Shown here: one piece after another, positions 37,186 to 47,793 of the stretch
Layout: each line of letters starts with the position of its first letter
Numbering within the stretch: the stretch's first letter is position 1
Assembly: GCF_006345805.1 (NCBI RefSeq)
Contig: NW_021834554.1
Span: 1 to 47,793 of the forward strand
Direction of reading: 5' to 3'
From: Octopus sinensis
Lineage: Eukaryota
Length of the DNA: 47,793 nt
Notes under the pieces: generated by a model
What the model was told of the DNA's origin: nothing
Databases searched by the model: none
The model's input: only the letters and a program-made list of their open reading frames with translations
Made by a program: the position numbers and the translations under genes

Positions 37186-37266
37186 GAATGAAATTTTTAT
37201 AAATACATCATTCATGATGATTCTCACAAAAAGAGATAGTTAATTTGTACATCATGTGAAACAGGT

Positions 37267-37300
<34 letters not shown>

Positions 37301-37370
37301 TCTATTTACTTATCTCTCTCTCTCTCTCTGTCTCTCTCTCTCTCTCACTATCTATCTATCTAAATATATA

Positions 37371-38220
37371 CAGAGTGTTTGGGCAAAATTTGATGGTTTT
37401 TAATTTATTTCATGTCTCATTTTTTTTCAGGAAGAGCTTGATGTATTGTTGAACAGTCAATGGCGTTGGAGAGCAAAATGATTAAAGTTGCAATTGAGAA
37501 AAAGTTAGGTGACATGGTGGACTTGAAGCCAATCAAATATTGGAAAAGAATCACCTGTATCATAATGACTCACACCAGGTGTCAAAATGCCAACATTACG
37601 ACTGCTGTTCAATGCTCTGGGAACACCATAAAGGCTGTCGGACTGATATGGATCTGTCCTACATATCATGAAAGCCAAGTTCTCCCAAACTGAGATGGCC
37701 ATTGGGTGCGTCCCCAGTGAGGATCATGTCATGCCAACCAGCATCTTTGAACAGGGCCTCAATTCAGATGGCTAAGCGAAGCTGCTGGCTGCTGGAGGCT
37801 GTAGTCAAATTCTGGCTGGAGAGGGTTCCTGCTAGAAGGTGACATGTGTGGCAGAAGGATTCAGCTCCTTGCCTTACCTCAGGAAAGAGTCAGAAGTGGC
37901 TGTCAGAGAATTTCTGACTTTGCCAGCTTCAATTTCTGGCCAACTGTAATCCCATGGATTATTATGTATGTATGTATGTATAGGGTACAGTTGAGAAAGA
38001 CACTAATTGCTCAGCCCGTAACACCAAAAACTGAGTTGGTCACCAAGATCAAGGAGGTGCTCAAAGATCTTGTCACGGACACAATGAGGAACATGTGTGT
38101 CAGGTTCCAGAGCTGTGTTGAGGCTGTAATGGAAGCTAATGGGGGTTACTCTGAGTAAGCTATTGTCTCCCAGCCATAATCTTGTTGATATTTTTCATTT
38201 TTTTAAAATACTTTATTTTT
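37371..38220 (+). mobile_element. Internally deleted maT transposon, same family as 28747-30257
   Basis: TA+cagagtgtttgggc 5' end; WKRITCIIMT..QCSGNTIKAV; SEDHVMP; VWQKDSAP; VEAVMEANGGYSE*; 3' UTR matches 28810-28870. Confidence 0.87.
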
Positions 38221-38541
38221 GGATGCAACAATGCTCTCATGGTGAAAGTATTTCATGAGAAGATTAATAACCCAGAGCCCCAAAGGAGAAAATGGCATTG
38301 TAAAATCATTTGGTTCTTCTTTTGCTCAGTAAATGCGAAGAATTATGTTGGTAACAGAAAAGGAAATGAGAATGTTGCACATATAAATTGTCAATAAGAC
38401 AGTTGATCCTGGACGGAGGAAAACTGAATCAGCCTTCTCTGCTCTGAAGGTTAGCAATTACCAGCATACATTTTAGAGCTTGTTTGAGCCAGCATTGGTT
38501 TATAAAAAAAGACAACATTAACATCAACAACAGCAACAACA

Positions 38542-38935
38542 GGAGGCGCAATGGCCCAGTGGTTAGGGCAGCGGACTCGCGGTTGGAGAATCATGGTTTT
38601 GATTCCCAGGCCAGGCGTTGTATGTGTTTATTGAGCAAAAACACCTAAAGCTCCACAAGGCTCCGGCAGGGGGTGGTGGCGACCCCTGTTGTACTCTTTC
38701 GCTCCAACTTTCTCTCACTCTTTCTTCCTGTTTCTTGTCCCTGACTTCCTACACAACCGCTGAGCCTGGATGCGCATTCATCCATCCGTCGATGCTCTCG
38801 GTGTTGGGGGTTGACCTGCTTTCTCTTCTGCGGGTCTTACGAATAGCAAAGGACCACGTTTCGAACTTCTCCCACTACAGACGGGATGACGACTGCTTCG
38901 CTCAACAAACAAACAGCAACAACAACATCATTATC
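38542..38935 (+). mobile_element. SINE family B, tail variant 3
   Basis: ggaggcgcaatggcccagtggttagggcagcggactcgcgg..aaaacacctaaagctcc, then a third unrelated tail ending in (AAC)n. Confidence 0.9.
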
Positions 38936-39343
38936 AACAAAAATTTTCATTGTAATAACAACAACAAATACAAGAGCAACAATAATAAGAACAAGAACTG
39001 AAACGGTTTAAGATGTTGGCTGGTTTACTAATAGAAAATGGTTTTGTTAGTCATAATCTTTGATTGGAATTTAGATTGCAATTCCATTAGTTGAATGTAA
39101 CACAGTGTTCATGGCCAAAGGAGATGATGCTGATATTGGCAAAATTATGCCGATTACAATGATATATTTGCATTGATTTCAAATTTGAATACAATCAAAG
39201 TTTAATCGAAAGAAAACTTAGCTTCGTAATGAGTGTTGCAATGGTTAGGATAAGTGGAGTAAATAAAAGTACCATTTCCATAAAGTCAAAGGACTTTGTG
39301 TATATATAACAATAACTATCACTGCAGAACAATGCGTACTTAC

Positions 39344-39421
39344 ATCTTCGGCGCAGAACACTCTTTCAACTGGTTTCCGGTTTAGAGCACTACATTGGTG
39401 CACATAAGCATCATACGTATT
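39344..39421 (-). CDS. Internal coding exon (78 nt, phase 0-0) of the same host gene
   Basis: Acceptor tttttgcttttatttgcag|, donor GAT|gtaagt; only frame 0 is open: NTYDAYVHQCSALNRKPVERVFCAED. Confidence 0.78.
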
Positions 39422-39859
39422 CTGCAAATAAAAGCAAAAATCAATAACACAAACAAAGTTCTTTTGTTAACCAAAAGTATAATAATTAGTTGAAATGCGA
39501 TGTAGCAAATCAGAAGAATGGCTACTCACAGCAGTTGAATACATGGAGGAATTCTTTGGAATAGCCTGGTTTCTTGCTTTGGTTGAAGGACAAGTTTCAT
39601 AGGGAAAAATATTAATGAAGAAATCAATTCTATTTATTATTATTATTTGTAGTTATTCATTCTCTTGACCATAACACAATGTATAAGAAAGTCAATTATG
39701 TGGCTGCAGATGAATGCTTTAAGACATTTAGTCTGGGACTCTGCCCTTTTTGGGTTTTTACAAAAGGAGGAGACCTGTTACATCTTCTTTTGAGAAATAT
39801 TGATTTCTACATTACTACAACGCTTTGAATTTGGAGATGGATGTATTTGATTGGATACA

Positions 39860-40010
39860 TCAACCTCAGTATTCAGCTGGTATTTACTTTATTCCTTCCA
39901 GAAAGATGAAAGGCAAAATCGACCTTGTTGGGATTTGAACTCAAAACATGAAAGTACACAACTCAATGCTGTACATGAGTTTGCCTGCCACTCTTCTGAT
40001 TCTGCCGATT
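39860..40010 (-). mobile_element. SINE family A, partial and degraded
   Basis: gatgaaaggcaaaatcgaccttgttgggatttgaactcaaaa. Confidence 0.7.
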
Positions 40011-40267
40011 CTGAGGTTCAGTGCTAAAAATTTTTATGGAGAAGGCAGTTGGTCAACTGAATAAAATGTTTCTGATATTTATTTCATTGAGCCTCTGAAG
40101 GAAGATAAGGTAAGTTGATCGTCTGGAGGGATTTGGAACTGAAGATCTAGGCTAAACAAAATACTGTCAGCCAGTTGGTATGGCACTACCATTCCAGCTG
40201 CTTCCTTGGGTTATACCTTTGAGTAATTTTCCTTTAGAGCATTACATGTAGCATAATGTTCAGTTTT

Positions 40268-40500
40268 GGTGGTGACCTGGCAGAAACGTTAGCATGCCGG
40301 GCAAAATGCGTAGCTGTATTTTGTCTGCCATTACGTTCTGAGTTCAAATTCCACAGAGGTTGACTTTGCCTTTCATCCTTTCGGGGTCGATAAATTAAGT
40401 ACCAGTTATGCACTGGGGTCGATGTAATCGACTTAATCCGTTTGTCTGTCCTTGTTTGTCCCCTCTGTGTTTAGCCCCTTGTCGGTAGTAAAGAAATAGG
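40268..40500 (+). mobile_element. SINE family A
   Basis: tggcagaaacgttagcatgccggg (A box)..gagttcaaattcc (B box)..cctttcggggtcgataaattaagtaccag. Confidence 0.92.
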
Positions 40501-41601
40501 TATAATGTTCAGTTTTGTTCTCTAGGTCTTAAAGGACGCTTCAAAAAAAAAAAGTGTTTTAATTGTGTGAAACTGAAGAGAGACAAAACTCTCCCTGGAT
40601 GAATTTCTGTAGCAGAAGATTCTGAACAGATAAGTCAATGAAGAGGATACGGAATAAAGTGCTCTTCCTAAAACTATAACAAAAAATTCCATCAATGCAT
40701 TTGAGATGCTGGTTGATGAGTTTGCCGTTCATCATCCTGTCACCTTGCTGACCTCATATTGGCCTAAGATAAGGCAGGCAATTTTAAAACTGAGTCAACA
40801 AGGGGGCTTCTATATAGTCACTCTATGTTTTAGAAACAGCAGCTAAATCTCTCTAAATCAAACCATGTCATCAAAAAAAAAAAAAGAAAGAAAGAAAGAA
40901 AAGGGGGACCGAAAAAGTTTCATATAGTATCTTCAATACAGCATAATACAAAAAAGAAAAGAAATAAATCAACCAGGTGGTCACTGCTGGAATGCCTTTA
41001 ATCATGTCTGCTCATCCAGGGCTGACTTGGAATTAAATAACAACAACAACAACAACATATGATGATCATTAAAAATTTGGTTAAACTCTTAATTAAATTT
41101 CTTTAATTGGAAGCTTGTATTTCAACAACTTAAACTCTGTAATTATTAATCTCAGCATGTAAACAGTGTGATATATTGTAGAGTGCAACAGTATTTAATA
41201 TACCATCCAAAAAGACCCCTAGAAACCAAGAAAGGAACCCTGGTTTGGTCATGACTCTATTAAGCAGCAATCAAATCTCTCTTGGATTACACTCTACTCT
41301 CATAAAAAAAAAGAGCAGCATTGCATAATGTACTCCAAGATGTGTCTAGAATGTCTGGTCAATCGGAATTTATGTCACAATAGCATATTCAATGTAAAAG
41401 AATTTATAGGAATGGAAAGGAAAACAAAAAGAACACATATTATAGTGTATAATGGTCTTTGGAGAGAGTAAATTGTTTGTGTCTGAGAATTTCACAGGCA
41501 GATGTTTATTCAGGTAATCAAAAGATGGCGCTGTATTAGGGTGGCTTGTGAGTGTGAGGAGGAGGAGGTATTGCACCATCTGTCGATTGCATGGATATAT
41601 A

Positions 41602-41609
<8 letters not shown>

Positions 41610-41644
<35 letters not shown>

Positions 41645-41869
41645 TGCATATAATATTAGGGAATATTATTCCAAACTTAATTCATTTATTACTTTGCACA
41701 TTACTTAGTCATTGGTATATGTTTTTTTCTTATATTTAATTTTTCTATAGGATGTAATTTTTTTTCTATATGGTATAATTTAATCTTTTCATTGTTGAAT
41801 TGATAAAAGGTGGTTTTTTCTAATTTATGTATATATGTATATATATGTATGTGTATATGTATATGTATG

Positions 41870-41915
<46 letters not shown>

Positions 41916-42160
41916 TGCATATAATATTAGGGAATATTATTCCAAACTTAATTCATTTATTACTTTGCACATTACTTAGTCATTGGTATATGTTTTTTTC
42001 TTATATTTAATTTTTCTATAGGATGTAATTTTTTTTCTATATGGTATAATTTAATCTTTTCATTGTTGAATTGATAAAAGGTGGTTTTTTCTAATTTATG
42101 TATATATGTATATATATGTATGTGTATATGTATATGTATGTATATACATATATATATATA
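41610..42160. repeat. 271-bp tandem duplication
   Basis: taatattagggaatattattcc at 41651 and 41922; units separated and bounded by (TA)n. Confidence 0.95.
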
Positions 42161-42464
42161 TATTGAGAGAAAAGGTCATCAGAATTTTGGAAAAAAATAT
42201 TTTTATTTCTTTATTATTATTAGTGCTTTATTTGACAAGTTTGAGAAATGAATGAAAGTGCTGATAATAAGGAAGAAATAAAAGATTTTTCCAAAATTCT
42301 GGCGACCTTTTTTCTCAATATTCCATTTCTGTACACCACACCTAACACTCTATACATACATACATACAAACATACATACATACATACATACATACATACG
42401 TACATACATACATACATACATACATAAATATATATATATACATATATATACCTATATATCTGTT

Positions 42465-42875
42465 CATCATCATCATCATCATTATCGTTTAACATCCGTT
42501 TTCTGTGCTAGTATGGGTTGGATGGTTCGACCGGGGTCTGGGAAGCCAGGAGGCTGCACCATGCTCCAGTCTGATCTGGCAGTGTTTCTACAGCTGGATG
42601 CCCTTCCTAATGCCAACCACTCCATGAGTGTAGTGGGTGTTTTTTATGTGCCACCAGTAAAAGGGCCAGAGGAGGCTGGCAAACGGCCACGATTGGTTGG
42701 TGCTTTTATGTGTCACTGACACGGACGCCAGTCAGGTGGTGCTGGCATCTGCCATGTTCGGATGGTGCTTTTTAGGTGTCACCGGCACGGGTATCTTAAC
42801 TACAATTTCCATTTTATTTTTATTTTGATGTTAATGTTGATGCTGACGTACTTGACTCAATAGGTATTTATCATC
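42465..42875 (-). mobile_element. RTE 3' region
   Basis: (CAT)n, tttctacagctggatgcccttcc, VNTR-like units, gtacttgactcaatagg. Confidence 0.87.
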
Positions 42876-43307
42876 CTTGTGTCTGAACATTCTTCTAACA
42901 TCCTATTATAGACTCTTTCAATGCTCTGTACTTATCGCACACGCATACATCCGTGCCTATATACACACACACTTTGTTCTCATGATGGCCTGTCTATTAT
43001 TATGCATATATAACGCACACACATGTTAACCTATCAATATAATCTTCTCTTAAACATTCTACCCGGTTGTGTCTCTCTTTTCCTTCTGGCACTTAGACGC
43101 CTTTATCCTTTCCATATTTATTGTATCGACCGTGTGATGTTGCAAAGGAGCCATTCTCGTCACCCCTCCTTCGCACGGACGTTTACAAAAATCTCTACAA
43201 AATATAATCTTTCTTCAAAGCTTCTACCTTTTAATGCAACATTGTAATAATTTCGTTTTTGGATTTGGTTTGCAAGATTCTTTATGTGAGTTCGTGTGTT
43301 GAAGCCT

Positions 43308-43527
43308 ATTCTGTTGTGTCTGGGGAGAGTCATTTTCTTTTTGTGCCTTATAATGTAACACACTCACCGATAAAATTTCCACTTATTTCTTCAAGACTAT
43401 TGAAAAGGTTATGAGACACAACGAAAATTTTAGGAAAATAAAAATAAGAAATAAGTGGAAATTTTACCGGTGAGTGTGTTACATAATAAGGCACAAAAAG
43501 AAAATGACTCCCCAGACACAACAGAAT
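43308..43527. repeat. ~82-bp inverted repeat, 56-bp spacer
   Basis: Arms 43308-43390 and 43447-43527; 2 substitutions and one 2-nt indel. Confidence 0.93.
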
Positions 43528-43529
43528 TG

Positions 43530-43720
43530 TAATAATTATTTCTAACATAAATACAAGGCCAGGAGTTATTGTTTAAGTCAATATCAGTGCTTGGCTGTTG
43601 CTTTATTCTATCAACCCCCGGAGGACAAAAAGCGAAGGTGATCTTGATGGAATTTGAACTCAGAACATGAAAAAATGCAACTAAATACTGCAAGGCCCAT
43701 TCAAATGAGTCTGCCAACCA
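43530..43720 (-). mobile_element. SINE family A, degraded
   Basis: acaaggcc..tcaacccccggaggacaaaaagcgaagg..ggaatttgaactcagaac. Confidence 0.72.
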
Positions 43721-44261
43721 CCCAATATATCATCGTAATAATGAGTAACATAATTAAAAGATTCCATGGCTAAAGATATGCTAAGTATAAGACTATGGCC
43801 GTTAATAAGTATTTGTTAGGATTGCCAGCAGATGTTTGGAATTTATATTAATGTGCCATAGTTTCTCATTGAGTTTACAATAAGAGAAGCATTTATGGAT
43901 ACCAAAGTCTAAAGTTACATCTGATAAATTGATGACCCTCAAATGCTCATCAGTTGTAATAAAGATCTGCTTCAATCGCTTATGTTTCTTTTCATACAGA
44001 ATCAATCAAATAACATCTCAAGATTTTGCACATTGTTATGAATAGATGTAACTGCTACATGTTGGCACATGGTAATAAATAGACATGTAACATGCTTTCT
44101 CTTGAATACTTTCTATAATGTTTGTGAACAACTCCTATAATTACACACACATACATACATGCACTCACATATGTATACATGTATGTGTGGATGTATATAT
44201 ATATTTATGTGTGTGTGTGTGTGTGTGTGTGTGCTTGCATGTTTGTATAAATGTGTATCCA

Positions 44262-44830
44262 TCATCATCATCATTTAGCATATATTTTCCATGCTGGCAT
44301 GAGTTGGACTGTTTGACAGGAGCTGGCCAACTGAAGTGCTGCCCAGGCTCCATGTCTGTTTTGGTAGGGTTTCTATGGCTATAGGCCCTTCCTAATGCCA
44401 ACCATTTTATAGTGTCCTGGGTGCTGCTTTTATGCAGCACTAGCATGTGTGCTTTTTACGTGGCACTGGCACTAAGGAGCCCACAAGATTGTGGAGGCTC
44501 AGCTGAAGCGAGATCCAATGGACATACCTGTATGAAAGAACAATGACATATTTACTTAGTTTGGCATGTCTTCTCAAGCGCAGAAACTGCTAGAAGCCCT
44601 GGTCCCCTGTCATCCCCTCTGTGAAGCCCAACATCTGAAGATTCTTTCTCACTACCACATCCCACATCTTCTTGGGTCCACCTCTTCCACACATTTCCTC
44701 TACAATTAGAGATTGGCACTTCTTGATCCAACTGTCTTCATTCATACACAAGTTCATACACAAATACTCCCTCAAACCAAAGAACATCCTTAACTTCAGA
44801 ACTGAGATTTTTCAGGCCATGTTTACATTC
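44262..44830 (-). mobile_element. RTE-clade LINE: ORF C-terminus plus 3' UTR and (GAT)n tail
   Basis: MNEDSWIKKCQSLIVEEMCGRGGPKKMWDVVVRKNLQMLG (decayed GRGRP..W RTE signature), then gcttgagaagac, cacgtaaaaagcac, ggcattaggaagggc and gatgatgat. Confidence 0.87.
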
Positions 44831-45075
44831 CAGGAGGTTCCTGCTAGCCTTTTGGAACCCACAAGATGGTGGCACAGCCAGAAATCAATAGCCGATAACC
44901 AAGGGAGATAACCCCCATTGTTACCATTGAGTAGTGTGGCATTTCCTCCTCTATATTTGTAAGAGGTCTTGGGCCAACTGGTTTTGGGAACTGAGGACAC
45001 TCCATGAAGCTAAACCCTTTATGGATGGGAAACCTAAGGTAATCCCCAAAACTGGCCATCCCCATTTTTAATATA

Positions 45076-45106
<31 letters not shown>

Positions 45107-45522
45107 ATGCATGTATGTATATATATACACAATGAGCAAAATAATGTTTTATACCCCTATAACATGGCTGTTCTATAAAGGACACAGGTTGTGTGTTGTT
45201 AACTAACTGGAAAAGACATTTTCCCGGGGTTAGAATATAATAACATTGTTCTTTACAGAACGGCCATGTTGTAGAAGTAAAAATAAAACATTACTACACA
45301 CACACACACACACACACAGCTAAATATATATATGTATATATACACTCACCTGCTTATAATATTTATTTATGCATACATTGATAAACAGAAAAAACTATGT
45401 CTGTGAAGGTAGGTTAAGCAATACAAGTGAACTGTAAACAAACTAATAAGAGAAAGAAAGGGACAAATAAAGAAGGAGAGAATGAATGGTACAAAGGATA
45501 ATGAAAAGGAAAAGGACCCAAC

Positions 45523-45617
45523 CTTGAGCTCAGTTGACAGATTTTCATCTTGTTTAAGAAGTTTTCGGATTGACTCTTGCCTCAGGACACTAAACAGAGG
45601 TCCAGACCCTGTGCTAC
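45523..45617 (-). CDS. Internal coding exon (95 nt, phase 1-0) of the same host gene
   Basis: Strong acceptor tttctttttttccgttcccttctgtcag|, donor AAG|gttggg; (G)STGSGPLFSVLRQESIRKLLKQDENLSTELK. Confidence 0.75.
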
Positions 45618-46114
45618 CTGACAGAAGGGAACGGAAAAAAAGAAACATCAGGTCGTTTTAGCAATGGCAGATAATAAACAAAATGTTGTTCTTTAACTAA
45701 AAAAACCAAAATGTTGTGAGTTAAAGAATTTGCTTCAAGACATTCAACTGAGACACCTTCATGTAGAACAGTAAAATGTATCACAGATTCGTTGGACGTG
45801 CGTTTCTTATGCTGCAGTTGTCTTCTGTATCAATATAAAATTATGATGTAACCTGTGTCCATATAACAAGATCATGAGATTCATCCTTGCTATTCTTGTG
45901 GGGTTGAATTAATGACTTCATTGCGCATGTTTTTCTTGTGACTGTTCAAGTTGAATTATGTTGTGTCAATCTCACTGCTTCGTTTTTCATTGGCCAGCAA
46001 AGGCCATGGGTACTTCCCCTTCTTTGTCACTGAACCATAAAAACAAAAAAGAAGAATATATATCTTTCTCTCTGTGTTTCTCTCTTTCTCTCTCTCTCTC
46101 CATTTTTTCCCTCT

Positions 46115-46225
46115 CATCCCTTTCTGACAAAGAGCATAGGCTCGAAACATCAAAAGACATTTCCATTCTTTCCGAGTGTCAAACTAACATACTTGTTATT
46201 CCCTCACCTGTCTTCATCTTTTGTT
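46115..46225 (+). mobile_element. Hammerhead-bearing mini-element, copy 2
   Basis: Homologous to the reverse complement of 24905-25030 through cacctgtcttc.tcttttgtt; flanked by (TC)n and (CATA)n. Confidence 0.7.
46120..46156 (+). ncRNA. Degenerate minimal hammerhead motif
   Basis: cttt|CTGACaA|a|gagc-atag-gctc|GAAA|c-a|TC|aaaag; both departures from consensus are CG->CA changes. Confidence 0.6.
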
Positions 46226-47106
46226 TTCTGTAAATTTGAACCGTGCATACATACATACATACATACATACACACACACACATACACACACACATACACAT
46301 ACATACATACATACATACATACATACATACATACATACATACATGCATGTATTTGATCCCACAGACCTTCAATTAAAGGCAATCCTATTCTGACCATCCT
46401 TTCATTCACTTTCTTTTTTAAAGCATAGTGCATCTAGGAAAACCTTATCAAATGTGTTTTTCTCTTTCCAAAAGAGGGTGATTTAACGAAAATTCAGCTG
46501 CTATTTCCAGCAGTGTTAAGTCACATAGAAGCGTCATCATTTGGCCAAGTAGCATATTAGTTTTATTGTTTTTTTTTCTTTATCGCAGCTGGAGAAGTTG
46601 CCTTTCTTAGAGATAACCACTTAACTGCAAAATAGGGAGCAAAACCTGTTTACTTTTCATCAGTCAAAGAAATTGCACAGCAAAGCAGTTACGTATTTTG
46701 CTCAAAGCAGATTAGCTGGTTTCACCCACCTTTTAAGAAAGCCTAATAAGTATTTCAGGTTTTAAACAGTTTAAAACAGTTTAAGAGAGGTGAACAATGA
46801 GGACACGGAGTTAGCAAACCGTACACTTTAGAATAATATGACAAGTTCACTTGCATTTAAGGCAATTTTATGCTGATAAATTATAAGAGCATTTCAACTT
46901 CTGCAGAAAATTGAAGATATTTTGCAGATGCAGTTGTAGCAAATGCAGATACTGCAAGTGCATGTTAAATGTATTTTAAGAGTGTGATGCTCTTAGAGTA
47001 GGCTGAGCTTTATGGCAAAGTATTTGGCAGAAATAGCCAAAATTGCAAAGGTGGAATAAATGTTATTCTACAAAGTGGATCGCCTTTCTAGTTTGTCTCC
47101 ATCAGA

Positions 47107-47793
47107 TTTTCTTCTTCTTCTTCTTCTTCTTCTTCTTCTTCTTCTTCTTCTTCTTCTTCTTCTTCTTCTTCTTCTTCTTCTTCTTCTTCTTCTTCTTCTT
47201 CTTCTTCTTTTTCTCCTTCTTCATCTTAAAGTAATCTTTTCCTAATTTGTTGTTGTTGTTGATCTTCTTCTCCTTCTTCTTTTCTCTTCTTCTTCTTCTT
47301 CTTCTTCTGCTTCTTTAATCCTTTTCTGATTCTTTTCTTATTCTTCATTTTTACTTTTTACTTTCTTTCAGTCTTCCTTTTTTCCCATCATTGTCCTCAC
47401 TGCCCTCTCCCTCCCCCTCCCCCTCCCCTTCTTCTTCTTCTTCTTCTTTCTTCTTCTTCTTCTTTTCTTCTTCTTCTTCTTCTTCTCCTTCTTCTCCTTC
47501 TTCTTCTTCTTCTTCTTCTTCTTCTTCCAATTCTTCTTCTTCTTCTTTTCTTCTTCTCCTTCTTCTTCTTCTTCTTCTTTTCTTCTTCTCCTTCTTCTTC
47601 TCTTCTCTTCTCTTCTTCCACTTCTTCCTCCTCCTCCGCCTTGTCATTGTCATCGTCGTCGTCGTCCTCCTCCTCCTCATTGTCATCATCATAATTATTA
47701 TTGCTATCCTCATCCCCCTCCCCTCCTCGTTGTCATCATCATTATTATTGTTGTCCTCCCCCTCCCCTCCCTTCCCCCCACTCTTCCCCTCCT
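47107..47793. repeat. (CTT)n / (TCC)n / (ATC)n compound microsatellite
   Basis: Directly visible. Confidence 0.97.

Noticed and set aside
38542-38615. tRNA gene calls for SINE heads (also 11330, 22397, 40268)
   Set aside because: A and B boxes are present but there is no closed cloverleaf or acceptor stem, and each continues into a SINE body.
40560-40667. GKSTLFRIL P-loop-like peptide on minus
   Set aside because: The upstream glycines of Walker A are absent, there is no good donor, and the phase is incompatible with the flanking phase-0 exons.

Overview
AT-rich, repeat-saturated eukaryotic genomic DNA; no prokaryotic genes and no CRISPR array. The tRNA-derived SINE types and (TA)n/(AAT)n/(GAT)n microsatellites resemble a coleoid cephalopod, probably Octopus (inferred from repeat recognition, not verified by search). 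The window appears to lie mostly in introns of one minus-strand host gene. Three phase-compatible exons (45523-45617, 39344-39421, 25234-25449) splice into a continuous 129-aa peptide that I cannot name. Mobile DNA includes: four decayed RLE-type R4/Dong-like LINE 3' ends associated with (TAA)n; about ten RTE 3' ends carrying a 67-bp VNTR; three maT (DD37D) Tc1/mariner relics; a rearranged Penelope-like element (RT and GIY-YIG on opposite strands); at least four tRNA-headed SINE families; and two short elements with a minimal hammerhead-ribozyme fold. There are also three near-perfect 80-120 bp inverted duplications, a 270-bp inverted repeat pair, and two near-exact tandem duplications bounded by (TA)n. 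Almost all ORFs in the supplied track are microsatellite or repeat artefacts. I see no convincing wholly new system; the best leads are the hammerhead mini-elements, the recurring inverted-end geometry and the unnamed host protein. Repeat boundaries are approximate (about +/-10-20 bp) unless stated as exact.
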